Virus record (IMG/VR): IMGVR_UViG_3300032223_000428
Coordinates: 1-64,000 of that record
Direction: 5' to 3' (one strand)
DNA: 64,000 nt
DNA from: a virus
The notes beneath the pieces were generated by a model that worked only from the letters and a program-made list of their open reading frames with translations, was not told the origin of the DNA and searched no databases. Shown here piece by piece: positions 39,701 through 48,756 of the stretch; the stretch's first letter is position 1; each line of letters opens with the position of its first letter. Position numbers and translations under genes: made by a program.

Positions 39701-40505
39701 TTACACGGATAAGTTCAATAAAATTATAATCACTAGTATCTGATAATGAACGCTTTGCTAGAGTCAAATCAATATAGTAACGATGCGCTCCAGGCGCAGC
39801 AAAGTTGTAACTATTTTGAGCATTATCTAATAAAGATTCATCATCCTCTGATGTGATAATTTTCTCAGATACTTCCAAACCAATACGATAAGATGGAGTA
39901 CCAGTATATTTGTCTAATACTAAATTCTGTTTTTCAACTAATACGAAATTCTTATTGACATAATAAACACCACGTTCTACAGTGGTCATGGAACCTTTAC
40001 CAGTAGAACTAGTAGAGTATGCCTGAACATAAAGAGAGCTAGAATCAGTTGTATGAATAACTTCGTTATCAGCGAATGTTTTTGTTACTTTATCTGTTCC
40101 AGAAGCAGTATAACGAATATAAAGTGTGGCAGGATCAGTATTCTCAGCTGGCAGTGCTACGATAACTTGAGCAGTAACACCAGTAGTTCCACCAACAATA
40201 GTTTTTCCATTTAACGAATTAATAAATGTAGCAACAGCAACACCATTATAAGAATTCTGTAATTTAACATAATCTATACCTTTGGTGTTTGAGTAGGCAG
40301 TTTCAACAGAAGCCTGTCCAGGAACAACCATAGCACCTTGTTTAAATGCATTATCACCATGACGAGATATTTGATTTTGCAGAATAGTCTGCAATTGAGT
40401 CAATTCACGTGCCTGAACTGCAAAAGATGGACGAAATAGTATACGATAAAACTTTTTATCTTCACTATAATCGTCATTGTATGGTTCGGTATTAAAATCG
40501 ATCAT
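33729..40505 (-). CDS. Large virion structural protein (DUF4815/VrlC-like)
   Basis: PYNDDYSEDKKFYRILFRPSFAVQARELTQLQTILQNQI, APGAHR, LARRTYDESGDY, KRYTMRDIGKLEKRIDNLEYYTSLSLLE, DPLAQSF, FKSQNASTW. Confidence 0.9.
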   Translation of the reverse strand: MIDFNTEPYNDDYSEDKKFYRILFRPSFAVQARELTQLQTILQNQISRHGDNAFKQGAMVVPGQASVETAYSNTKGIDYVKLQNSYNGVAVATFINSLNGKTIVGGTTGVTAQVIVALPAENTDPATLYIRYTASGTDKVTKTFADNEVIHTTDSSSLYVQAYSTSSTGKGSMTTVERGVYYVNKNFVLVEKQNLVLDKYTGTPSYRIGLEVSEKIITSEDDESLLDNAQNSYNFAAPGAHRYYIDLTLAKRSLSDTSDYNFIELIRVTNGQVATIVPDNPLNQIYSDIDVELARRTYDESGDYTVRDFNIDVREHRNNNRGQWTQNTAYIIGDVVTNAGLTYTARTSATSGSTAPTHTSGNASDGTITWFYDINPLYNRGINLDGDETKLAIGLEAGKAYVRGVEIEKLGTSYLTVPKARDYEQATSSVLAPTIGNYINVTNVYNPPPVDSAGIVTLYNGLSGSSYRGTTTASNLGTAVGTARVRFMEWQSVLPYGSTSIYKLGLFDIQMYSGYDFSRNVKSIYYNPGGTLIFTADIQPILTKITGSVTASASATLTGTGTSFQTDVKLNDYLLITDGSASSYRKVTAINSQTSITVDSAITVSGGAMQIASTAINEATNTSLIFPLPYSSVKNVRTSGSGGVNNLNYYSYVKFTSVTTATTSLGLSVAGTFAPAADQDNYIVTKDSDGSIQNITYDKISVSGSNVTITVPSAGTYSVIAAVKKSGSGFEKTKSLTTTVSPISSDGTKDHDTFITADTAQATTLLLDKADVFRIISIKMAPSLSFSGTASKDPSYYTQDISERYSFDNGQRTTHYDLGRLNLLPSYTAPSNPIQIQYEYFEHGAGDYFDRDSYSIDYKQIPPLLRDSLDFRPRVANKSVNASTRVFAGTGSSWSNPPKRGEYTTLDFSYYLGRKDKISIDKNGTFFDVLGVSSVSPGEPTAPANAMVLYNLTLEPYTFGTTTSSVAVIKVDNKRYTMRDIGKLEKRIDNLEYYTSLSLLEAETSTLKITDSTGLDRMKNGFVVDNFGGSSLANTTSKDYVCSIDMKNNLLRPAHTSHNVDLIEQNSNTAARTSSGYQLTGDVITLPYTSQEFIKQGYASRLENVNPFAIFTFLGTVQINPPSDDWFDTARAPELVENIDNYTAVKNWVDSNNGFPIWGEWNDHWNGVQSSTAPSTIQSYNQNSTSRDQLNNLGGNWSANGGMALRSLTTSTTGVTTWSQTGFKSRTGTKTSVIPKTDRVTVGDKVLSTAMIPYVRSRNLLVQAKGLKPNTRFYAYFNEIAVSDYCTPTTTMIYTPTGSTSSAKLVTHKLFDTTTNVGGAGTDAKRRIAGDTQVCLTKGDVINNQAQTASAVVVGKYTILNSDGTTSYALDLVNIIGTFSANETITGTLNNSATGTVISTTVNTTLTTNQAGELNFLYYIPNTESIRFRTGKSQLKLVDSSTAFGNYTSRAMGMYDATGTLQTVQSVVQSIRSPEYVQEQINYDANNPNMYQTLSKDGSYGGGVTTVISDTGWYDPLAQSFLVQNKGGAFLTSIDIFFATKDANIPVTVSIREIVNGTPGKYVLPFSTVSLKSDSVNAPVAGADPTASGYNPVTIWDGNSYADYNVATNFKFDAPVYVMDGQEYCFVIQSDSNNYKVWISNMGDEIPGTSRTISEQPYAGVMFKSQNASTWTPDQNQDIKFTLYRAKFTTNSIANVSFVNNVLPYDQLYGDPLQTVSGSNTVRVWHPNHGFSPVTASSVKLTVPWITYGSTTWAASTAVTLNSYVISSGKVYQVTTAGTTGSSAPTHTVGQATNGTAVLTYISLTTFNGIPYTEICSAPTLSSGSKTVSNVDMHCYTITTATNATSTGYAGGNLLRATHNITYDILNPTMEVQAFSDNKVSYSVTTTTGTSMDGNQTAYSTDTSTSVLMKQDNIFKQTKLIAAELDPSTRSPSLILTAQISTTNDSVSPVIDTARSSVQLISNKLNWPTEANTNVAALDLKQVHIGSSGAFNFAITGTLLTLTGSQSLTAGTQYYYGNKLYICLIGGTGSTSAPSHTFGTAYHGSALLGYVGNPSSITSTNSTARGVLSGLGIGRYIVIASATTTSNNGTWIVTGFSDNGTTATVNVSSTASTEAVMASEAAASGTTISLKELFFDEIAPVGSNSISKYVTTPVKFANSSTYTRIKLSANCPSEADVKVYYKTCLGDASQLDTTKYTLATADGTGLTKVDNGNNTFYDVDYTLNNMIPFDTVVVKLVMQSANSAAVPIIKDFRLIACP

Positions 40506-40537
40506 TCGTTTACTCTTCTCTAATTGTTAATTACTAT

Positions 40538-40544
40538 TATTTAT
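40538..40544 (-). promoter_or_regulatory. Late promoter (ATAAATA)
   Basis: tatttat 33 nt upstream of the 2258-aa gene. Confidence 0.55.
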
Positions 40545-43141
40545 TAGAATTTAATAACAGTTCTTAATGTTACTGTTTGGTCTGTAGTTGGTGTAAATGC
40601 CTGTTTATTATCTATAAACATAATATGACCAGAATATTTATCAACAGTCGGTGTAGTCACTCCAGCAGCTGTGAAACTATTAGCAACAGAATTTAAAAAT
40701 ACAGATCCAACTGTTGGTACAGCATTATCCAAAGATTGTAATAATACTTGAGTTGATGTTATGGCAACAATTCTAAATCTTCTTCCTGTTGTAGTACCAA
40801 CTGTTATTAGCATATCTTGAGTGAATTGATTTGTATCAATTTGTGCTGTAACAACCCAGCATGCTGATGCCAATGAACTTTTTAGGTTACCATAAGATCC
40901 ATACTGTCTTGGGTTTTTAATAATACCTAACTGACGGAAGTCATTATTTACATCAAATCCTTGATTCTTATCTTTAGATATATTTGTATAGAACATTAAA
41001 GTGCTTGCAAACATACCAGTAATAGGATCTTTACCATGACCACCATATGGAGCCATTACCGCTCTAGCCTTAGCACCATATCCAGTACCAGAGATTGTAA
41101 TATTCGCCCATCTATATCCTAGACCATAGTTATCTACCACTATTTTTTTAAGAACACCACCATCAATTACTGTATGTGCAGAAGCACCTGTTCCATCTCC
41201 ATCAATAGTTACTGTTGGTGCACCACCATATCCATATCCACCAGAGATAATTGGATACGCCATAATACGTCCGTCTGGAGTAAGCAATTCGGTATTTGCT
41301 TGTAACGTATTAATATCTCCTGGACTTAAATCGACTGTTAAAGAAGCCTCTGTCCCAGTAGTTCCACCATCACCATCACCACTAACTGTTAAGTTAGCAT
41401 ACGTATATCCAACTCCACCATCATCAATTTGTACAGAAGTAATTTGTCCATTATTAATAATAGGAATCAATTTTGCCTCTGATTTAACAGAAGAAAAATA
41501 TCCAGTCGCACCTGATCCACCAGAAACTGGAGATATAGAAATGCTAGGTAATGAAGAATAACCAGAGCCGTATTTCAAGATAGCTGTTGCAGTAGCTGGA
41601 GAACCAGCATATGTTAATACTGCAGTTCCATTTGTAACTGCGCCAGAAGTATGTGAAGGATAAATTGAGGAACTACTAGTTCCAGCTGTCGTTACAGTGT
41701 ACAGACGAGTTTGATAATATATCTGCTGTCCTAAAGTATATGCAGTACTAGTGGAAAACTGAGTTCCAAATGTTACTGTCGGTACTGATGTATAGTTCTG
41801 TCCAGCATCTGAAATGTATACTCTTTGAACAGAAGTGCCACTCATTACAACAGCACCAACGAATCCAGATCCGCTTCCACCTGTTACATTAACAGTTGGA
41901 GCAGTTGTATATCCAATACCACCAGAGGACATTGTTATATCATAAAGCATACCATTTAAGGCAATACTAGTCACTACACCAGCAGTTACAACTGGAGTTC
42001 CAGTTACTCTGGTTCCAATATATTTTAAAGCAGCTGTTCCGTTTGCAACAATACCTGATTTATGAGATGGCGCTGGAGCAGATGTAACTCCAGTAACAGT
42101 TGCTTCATATAAGTTATTGTTATATTCTACTTTTTGTCCAAGCAAAATAGAATTACCTGCAACCCAAGTGTTTGCTCCATTGAAAGGTGGAGCAAACAAT
42201 ACAGTGGCACCAGATGTATAACCAGTTCCACCATTATTAATATTAACAGAAGTCAATAGAAGAGGATCAGAAGCACGATATCCGTCACCTGAAACAGAAA
42301 TACTAGCATAAGTATAGTTTTGTCCAGGATTTTCAATAACTATGTTTAAGATCTCACCATCTGAATAGAATTGTGATTTTAAAGAGTTCACAATCGGCAT
42401 GTAAACATCTGTCAAGAATTTATTGCGTAAGGCAATTGGGATACTATACAAATATTTCCACATATATCCGTCAGGCATAATAACTGGATCTACAACAGTA
42501 CCAACTGGTTTATATGTAGAAATTGCATTATTATTGTTGTCAAGACATTTATATACGTTATATTCATCTGTCATAGCATAACAATTGGTGTCTTCTAAAC
42601 GCTGTGCACCTGAATATGCTTTACAAATAACACCAGTAGCATATGCACCTTCGCCCCCACCACCAAGAATGTTTATAGTTGGAGCAGATGTATATCCAAT
42701 TCCTCTAGAAGTAAGTTCTACAGATGTAACAACACCTTCTGTTAAATATGCAACTGCAGCAGCACCTGTGCCACCACCGCCTGTAATTGTCACAGAAGGC
42801 ACGTCTGAGTAACCATATCCACCAGAAATTAAATTTATCCCCTGCACTTCAGTGCTATACTGGTCATCATACATATCATAAATCGTACCAGAAGTCCAAT
42901 CACGTCTAATAATAACGAAAGAGCAATCAGTTGATTTGATTTCTTTCATCGTAATTATTTCATTACGTGTTTGTAATTCATAGTTGTGACTGTCCACAGG
43001 GTAGGGTGGAGATGCTTCGTCTACCCAATTGATGGTTTTACCTAAAAAATAATAGTATCTTCCACTACGATTTTGAAGTTCATCATAGATACCCTCTGCA
43101 ACAGAGTTATGCAATGGCGATTTCAGTAAAGAGGATGTCAT
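40544..43141 (-). CDS. 8: Baseplate wedge protein gp8 with large insertions
   Basis: YYFLGK...W, RRDWTSGTIYDMYDD, YNVYKCLDNN, DGYMWKYLY, GGHGKD, NDFRQLGIIKNP, YSGHIMFIDN. Confidence 0.88.
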   Translation of the reverse strand: MTSSLLKSPLHNSVAEGIYDELQNRSGRYYYFLGKTINWVDEASPPYPVDSHNYELQTRNEIITMKEIKSTDCSFVIIRRDWTSGTIYDMYDDQYSTEVQGINLISGGYGYSDVPSVTITGGGGTGAAAVAYLTEGVVTSVELTSRGIGYTSAPTINILGGGGEGAYATGVICKAYSGAQRLEDTNCYAMTDEYNVYKCLDNNNNAISTYKPVGTVVDPVIMPDGYMWKYLYSIPIALRNKFLTDVYMPIVNSLKSQFYSDGEILNIVIENPGQNYTYASISVSGDGYRASDPLLLTSVNINNGGTGYTSGATVLFAPPFNGANTWVAGNSILLGQKVEYNNNLYEATVTGVTSAPAPSHKSGIVANGTAALKYIGTRVTGTPVVTAGVVTSIALNGMLYDITMSSGGIGYTTAPTVNVTGGSGSGFVGAVVMSGTSVQRVYISDAGQNYTSVPTVTFGTQFSTSTAYTLGQQIYYQTRLYTVTTAGTSSSSIYPSHTSGAVTNGTAVLTYAGSPATATAILKYGSGYSSLPSISISPVSGGSGATGYFSSVKSEAKLIPIINNGQITSVQIDDGGVGYTYANLTVSGDGDGGTTGTEASLTVDLSPGDINTLQANTELLTPDGRIMAYPIISGGYGYGGAPTVTIDGDGTGASAHTVIDGGVLKKIVVDNYGLGYRWANITISGTGYGAKARAVMAPYGGHGKDPITGMFASTLMFYTNISKDKNQGFDVNNDFRQLGIIKNPRQYGSYGNLKSSLASACWVVTAQIDTNQFTQDMLITVGTTTGRRFRIVAITSTQVLLQSLDNAVPTVGSVFLNSVANSFTAAGVTTPTVDKYSGHIMFIDNKQAFTPTTDQTVTLRTVIKF

Positions 43142-43147
43142 TTTTTA

Positions 43148-43615
43148 TTAACTTACAGTTACTTTCCATGTAACAGCGATAGAATCGCCAGCTGCTTTGT
43201 TTACAACAGGGAATGTTGTACGGCACATCATAGTACCACCAGAAGTACCTGCGGATGCAGGATTAAAAATACCTGCTTCAGTGATAGCACCAGTACCAGT
43301 ACCAGCTGGGAAAGTTGCAGTTGCAGTAACTTCGTTACCAGAAGTACCACCTGCAGAGAAAGATGCTGTTGCAACTCGACCAGCCTCAGAAACTAATACA
43401 GTTTGTGTTGCAGCAGGAGTTGTAGTTCCAACACCAATAGCCATGGTATTCATAATCTGAGTACCAGATCCAGTCATACGTTGAGCAATATACGCTTTAC
43501 CAACAGTCATAACTAGGTTTTTAATGCTACGTGTTTCTTTAATCTGGCCAGCGTCATCAGTAACTACGATATCTACGTGTCCTGTTACTGTTAGATCTTG
43601 TTCATTTAAATCCAT
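43148..43615 (-). CDS. Virion structural protein
   Basis: KNLVMTVGK, FPAGTGTGAITEAGIFN, RTTFPVVNKAAGDSIAVTW. Confidence 0.75.
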   Translation of the reverse strand: MDLNEQDLTVTGHVDIVVTDDAGQIKETRSIKNLVMTVGKAYIAQRMTGSGTQIMNTMAIGVGTTTPAATQTVLVSEAGRVATASFSAGGTSGNEVTATATFPAGTGTGAITEAGIFNPASAGTSGGTMMCRTTFPVVNKAAGDSIAVTWKVTVS

Positions 43616-43642
43616 AAAAATCTCCTATTATTGAGTAATTTG

Positions 43643-46219
43643 TTAAACTCCAGCACCAGTAAAGGTCTGGTATCCGAATCCTTGCCCATCTACATATGGA
43701 ACACCCAAATATTGACCACCATCATTCAAGAAATAGTCACCTAATACATATGGGTTTAAATCTACAGATCCACTTTCACCAGAAGTTGGTAATAAAACAT
43801 TATCATCTCCAGCGTATGTTCCACTTCCAACAATGAAGTACTGACTATTTAAAGTTGTAGTAAGAGCAAATGCTGGGTATGTTCTATTTAGGTCAGTTGC
43901 ACTTAGGGCATCAGTATCACTAATAAGTTGTGTCTCATTATCTATCGTAGTTCCATCATACAAATAATGCACAGCATCCAGCAATTTACTTGTACCAATA
44001 ACATTAACACCGATACGTGTTAAACTAGAATAACCCATTGATACCGTGTCTTCAGTAATAACCTGTGTATTATTATCTAACACATTATCATAATTAAAAG
44101 TTGTATTATCTAATGTTTTACCCACAGCGAAATAAGGAAGAGTTCTCGATAGATCATTAGTATTTCCAGTCTCATCCATTATTACAGATTCACTATCTGT
44201 AGTAACCCCATCATTAATATAGTGATCTAAAGATAGTAATTTTGTAAAATCAAATACGTTTGCTCCGAGACGAGTACTACTGTCTGCATAAGTTGCAGTA
44301 GTCTCTTGCATTGTAACATCTTGAGATTCAGCAGTTCCAAGATATGTTAATGTTGTGCTGTCAAGTGGTTTAAGTATATCAAGATATGGCATCGTTCTAG
44401 TGCCATCAAGAGCTATACCAAATTCATTTATAGTGACAGATTCGCCTAATACGTTTCCATCATAATTTAATGTAGTACCATCTAATGGTTTTGTTAAATA
44501 CAGATAGGGAACTGTTCTTTGTAAATCTGATCCAACTCCAGAAGATGTCAAAACTCCATCATTGACTGTAACAGAAAGAATCTTGATCATAGACTCAAGT
44601 GTTAACCCAATATCAAATTCATTGCGGATGTCATATTCACCAAAGATAGCCATACCAGCAGGATGAATTAAATTCTTAACTGTTGTTTTATAACTGTTTA
44701 GCGTCTCATCAATTTTAATTACATATGAATATGATTGGTAATAGTAACTATCTTGAATGTAAATAGCATCATTCAAGAAACCATCGTTATTGATGTAATA
44801 ACCTGGATATTTCGCCAGTGGACCAAGAGAAACTTTAATAATTGCTGGAGATGTAGAAGTAGCTGTTGCGTCTATACTACTAATACCGAATTCTCGAATA
44901 ACTAAACCAGCAAATGCACCATCTAAGAAATTGCCTCTGACTGATCCATATGTTGCAATATCAGCTGCTATTTCAGATGCACTTTCTAAGTTATAGTCTG
45001 CATAGTTGAACGAACCATTTTCAGAAAAACCATCTAATCCTTCTGTTATACTTAAATTAACAAAAGAGTTAACACCACCACCTGGACGAGATCTAGCAAC
45101 ACTTGTTAATCCAGAAGCAGTTGCGCCTTTGTAAGTTGTGGTTAAAACTAAAGTCGTGCTATTAGTTACACTTTGAACAGTGTAATACCCATTTGGGAAA
45201 AATAGATAATCTCCTGGGGCTACTTGACTTGTGAAAGAAGATGAACTTCCTGTAACTGTTGTTGAATTATTAGTGACAGATAATGTACCTGACAAAGTAG
45301 TATTGGTTATTGCTTGGTCAACACGTTGGACGACAGTTCCAGCAGTTCCAGCAACATCTTGTCCAGAAACGCTTGATATTGTTGTAGTAAAATCTGTGGT
45401 ATAACCAATACCATATTTAATAAATTGCGCTTGAGCGATTCCACCATTACTATCAACAGCAGAAACTTTTAAAATTGATCCATAACCATTATAGTTTTTA
45501 ACATTATAAATATCACCAACTTTAAATCCAGTTCCAGGAACCTGTACTTGTAATCCTGCAGTCGTTGTTAATATTTCACCGCTAAAATAAATCGCATTAG
45601 CATCATCACGAAAACGTATTCTATCACCAACAGAAATATTACCGAAGAAGCGACGATCTATAAAGAATTCATAAATATCGTCAGAAACAAAAACCGCACG
45701 ATCTACTTCAACTTCAACGTATTGACGACGATCAACTAAAACTCGAATAACTTTACTAGTTGTAACAATATCTACAAGTTTACCAACAATGTCGTTTGGG
45801 TGTCCCTGCAATATTTTAACGAATATAGAAACGTCTTGATTCCATTTACCGTCAGATGCACGCAGCATCTGTTTGGCAGGATAATCAACAGTAACTTCTT
45901 TATTAAAAAGAATTTTAAAAAGAAGTTTATAAGATGATTCACTACCTTTGGCAAGATAGTGATCTTTAATATGTTGTAATAAAAATCTTTGATCGACAGT
46001 ACTATACGGAAGTTTTAAAGCAAGTTCATCTTTAAAATACGTAATAAAATCATCTAATGTTTTGTCTAAATCACGTGTCGTTAATAAATCTACTTGTGTA
46101 GATTCCAAGAATTCATAGTAAGCCTGAAGAAATGTTACGAATTGATCGTAGTCTTCTCTTACGAACTCTGGTAGCTGTGACGCTATTAAAGATTTTAATT
46201 GTGGTTTAGTAATTGCCAT
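43643..46219 (-). CDS. Baseplate wedge subunit (gp7-like)
   Basis: LIASQLPEFVREDY..FV.FL.AYYEFLE, Y.AKGSESSYKLLFKILF, IQDSYYYQSYSYVIK, VKNLIHPAGM; lies between gp6 and gp8. Confidence 0.8.
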   Translation of the reverse strand: MAITKPQLKSLIASQLPEFVREDYDQFVTFLQAYYEFLESTQVDLLTTRDLDKTLDDFITYFKDELALKLPYSTVDQRFLLQHIKDHYLAKGSESSYKLLFKILFNKEVTVDYPAKQMLRASDGKWNQDVSIFVKILQGHPNDIVGKLVDIVTTSKVIRVLVDRRQYVEVEVDRAVFVSDDIYEFFIDRRFFGNISVGDRIRFRDDANAIYFSGEILTTTAGLQVQVPGTGFKVGDIYNVKNYNGYGSILKVSAVDSNGGIAQAQFIKYGIGYTTDFTTTISSVSGQDVAGTAGTVVQRVDQAITNTTLSGTLSVTNNSTTVTGSSSSFTSQVAPGDYLFFPNGYYTVQSVTNSTTLVLTTTYKGATASGLTSVARSRPGGGVNSFVNLSITEGLDGFSENGSFNYADYNLESASEIAADIATYGSVRGNFLDGAFAGLVIREFGISSIDATATSTSPAIIKVSLGPLAKYPGYYINNDGFLNDAIYIQDSYYYQSYSYVIKIDETLNSYKTTVKNLIHPAGMAIFGEYDIRNEFDIGLTLESMIKILSVTVNDGVLTSSGVGSDLQRTVPYLYLTKPLDGTTLNYDGNVLGESVTINEFGIALDGTRTMPYLDILKPLDSTTLTYLGTAESQDVTMQETTATYADSSTRLGANVFDFTKLLSLDHYINDGVTTDSESVIMDETGNTNDLSRTLPYFAVGKTLDNTTFNYDNVLDNNTQVITEDTVSMGYSSLTRIGVNVIGTSKLLDAVHYLYDGTTIDNETQLISDTDALSATDLNRTYPAFALTTTLNSQYFIVGSGTYAGDDNVLLPTSGESGSVDLNPYVLGDYFLNDGGQYLGVPYVDGQGFGYQTFTGAGV

Positions 46220-48051
46220 TATGAACGACTAGAAGTAAACTGATAATTATATCCACCACGTAAATCTCCAGAAGCAGTCTGATCTGCTATTGCTGTTACA
46301 TACAGATGGTCTGTTGCAATTTCTGCTATCTGAGTTAAGGCAGAAACTACGTCATTTGAAAGAGGACGAATAGAAATTTCGAAATCAACATCAGCTAATG
46401 CAACAATATTTAGGTTGCGTATATCGATATATCCTCTTGTATAGTCAATAGTTCCTAATTGATTATCAACAATGATTTTAATACCATTATCACCATATCT
46501 CCAAAGACGAACATAACTAACACCATCGTCATCAAGATAATGAATTTGATCTGAACCAGAGATATAAAAACCAGTACTACTAAATGAACTTTCTGGTAAA
46601 CCAGTGCTCAAAATTGGGTTAATCATATTAAGAATATATTGAGCACTAGTATTATATCTTGGTGACAATTTTCTACGTAAAAGGACTGTTGTAATATTGT
46701 TTACGATAGAAGGGTCAGTTTCATCTATTAGCTTGCTCAACTGAGAGTATCTAAATACACCATCAAATGTTTGTAGATGAGTATTGTTATATTCCATAAC
46801 TGCGCCACGAACTGCACTGGCAATCTCAGAAGCAGTTTTCACAGTTGACTGTTCATTATAATAAACAGTAACATTTAAAGCGATATTAATATATTCTGGA
46901 TCCACAATTTCTGGAATTACTGAAACTACGCTTCTAGAAGATAAAACGCTGGAAACAATTTCTGCTTTTTGTACAGTAGTTAGTTTAGTAGCATTTCTAG
47001 GTTTAACGCAAATAAATGTTTTTCCGTAAACAGGAGGATCGTTATCTTCCCCACCCCAAACAGTTACAGATTGTGCTTGTGGGATATTTGCATAAATTAA
47101 CGCTTTATAATCATCTGGTGTTACTGCACGATTTTGAGCAGCATATGTTCTTGGTGCATTAAATCTGATACTATCAACAGTTTCTTTATCTGCTCCATTA
47201 TTAGCATAATCTACTACAGTCACAGAAACGACTGAACCAGAAAGAAGAGTACTACCATTATATGTGAAAGATCTTGCTCCATTGGGCGCATCTAAACTAG
47301 AAACGAAATAATCTAAATGAACTATGTTACCATTAGTTAATGCACGTCCTATGTTATCATCTCCAAAAGTCATTTCATAAAGACCATCATCTATCTCTTT
47401 AACCCAATATGCATTAGAATCATTTGCTACATCTACTAAAACACCAGCTTCAGTCCATGCTTCATATACGTTAGAGTTGGAGTTTTCTTGAACTCTAACT
47501 TTTAATGTTTTAAGATCTACATTAGTATTTGGAATAATATAACGAAGTCCTTCTGAAACTGTATAGTTAAACTTTAGTGGAGTTCCTTCAACTATTTCTA
47601 AGTCATAAAATGTGTAAGTAGTTCCAATTTTATTAATAGTAACAGTACCAGTAGTATAAAACGTATATGTAGTTCCATCTACTGTAGTGGTAAATGGACT
47701 ATATGCTGGAAGTGTTAAGTTGACTGGCAAATTTGAACCACCAGAAATAGTGACAGTTACATTTGCTTTAGAACATGTGGCAGATCTTGGGCTATATCCA
47801 AGCATTTTTGATATTGATACTACGCTATTTCTTTTACGAGCAGAATCTAAAAACATCTCATTAATTGCCATATTATTGTAAAGAGCATTGTAATGAGTAT
47901 TGTAAGCCAAAATGTCCATAAGAACAGACATTGCTGATCCTTCAAAATCGTAATCTTGAAATTCTGTCTGTCCCTTTAAGAAATTTTTAAGATTAGTTTT
48001 GATGCCATCAAAATCTAATTCTGTTACTGTAATTCTTTTATTATTTGCCAT
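46219..48051 (-). CDS. 6: Baseplate wedge protein gp6
   Basis: ELDFDGIKTNLKNFL, DYDFEGS, LAYNTHYNA, NEMFLDSA, FGDDNIG, QNRAVTPDDY. Confidence 0.96.
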   Translation of the reverse strand: MANNKRITVTELDFDGIKTNLKNFLKGQTEFQDYDFEGSAMSVLMDILAYNTHYNALYNNMAINEMFLDSARKRNSVVSISKMLGYSPRSATCSKANVTVTISGGSNLPVNLTLPAYSPFTTTVDGTTYTFYTTGTVTINKIGTTYTFYDLEIVEGTPLKFNYTVSEGLRYIIPNTNVDLKTLKVRVQENSNSNVYEAWTEAGVLVDVANDSNAYWVKEIDDGLYEMTFGDDNIGRALTNGNIVHLDYFVSSLDAPNGARSFTYNGSTLLSGSVVSVTVVDYANNGADKETVDSIRFNAPRTYAAQNRAVTPDDYKALIYANIPQAQSVTVWGGEDNDPPVYGKTFICVKPRNATKLTTVQKAEIVSSVLSSRSVVSVIPEIVDPEYINIALNVTVYYNEQSTVKTASEIASAVRGAVMEYNNTHLQTFDGVFRYSQLSKLIDETDPSIVNNITTVLLRRKLSPRYNTSAQYILNMINPILSTGLPESSFSSTGFYISGSDQIHYLDDDGVSYVRLWRYGDNGIKIIVDNQLGTIDYTRGYIDIRNLNIVALADVDFEISIRPLSNDVVSALTQIAEIATDHLYVTAIADQTASGDLRGGYNYQFTSSRS

Positions 48052-48441
48052 TTATCGTGTTCTCTCTAGAGTTAATTCAAGAGTTATTGGTTGAGATGTA
48101 TGGATAATTTTAAATTCTATAGTTACACCTATTGTGTATTCATCTGGACTTATAGAAATAATAACATCTATTAGCTCAACTCTTGGTTCAAAATTATTAA
48201 TAGTATCAATAATAACACGTTTCATTGAAGCACCCAACATTGGGGTAGCTGGTTCGAATAGAAGACGTTTTATTGGACTTCCAATTTCACTATGGAAAGG
48301 TCTTTCATAATTTGAAGTTAAAATAAGAGATTTTAAGGAAGCCTTAATAGCATCCTCATCATATCTGCGTGTTATATCTTTAGTTACTGGGTGAGCAGTA
48401 AAATTAAAATCCAGATCTGAAAAAAGTCTTGTTTTTGCCAT
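48052..48441 (-). CDS. 25: Baseplate wedge subunit gp25
   Basis: FSDLDFNFTAHPVTKD, ERPFHSEIGS, NFEPRV. Confidence 0.95.
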   Translation of the reverse strand: MAKTRLFSDLDFNFTAHPVTKDITRRYDEDAIKASLKSLILTSNYERPFHSEIGSPIKRLLFEPATPMLGASMKRVIIDTINNFEPRVELIDVIISISPDEYTIGVTIEFKIIHTSQPITLELTLERTR

Positions 48442-48448
48442 AATTCTT

Positions 48449-48455
48449 TATTTAG
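48449..48455 (-). promoter_or_regulatory. Late promoter variant (CTAAATA) upstream of gp25
   Basis: tatttag in the 15-bp gap between PAAR and gp25. Confidence 0.55.
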
Positions 48456-48456
48456 G

Positions 48457-48756
48457 TTATTCTATGAAAGTCTTTGCAGAACCTTGCGCCACAGTATCAC
48501 CATCAGCAATCCCATCATTAATTCTTGCAGCAAGATTTCCTTCAAAATAGGTTTTAGAAGCTCCAGAAGTTATTTGGCGAAGACTTGTTTGGTGTGTAGT
48601 TCTACCAACTGTATGTGCATCAAATTGATCCCCAACAACACCAATTAAACCCTCAGCAACATAACTTTTCGTGCACTGAACCAACGTGTTTAAACCAGTA
48701 GGAGATCCACCATCGGATCCTGCTGATAATGCACCTTTGTATGTCACTGCTGCCAT
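48457..48756 (-). CDS. PAAR-like spike tip protein (gp5.4-like)
   Basis: 99 aa; VGDQFDAH...H, GASKTYFEGNLAARINDGIADGDTVAQGS; directly after gp5. Confidence 0.8.
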   Translation of the reverse strand: MAAVTYKGALSAGSDGGSPTGLNTLVQCTKSYVAEGLIGVVGDQFDAHTVGRTTHQTSLRQITSGASKTYFEGNLAARINDGIADGDTVAQGSAKTFIE

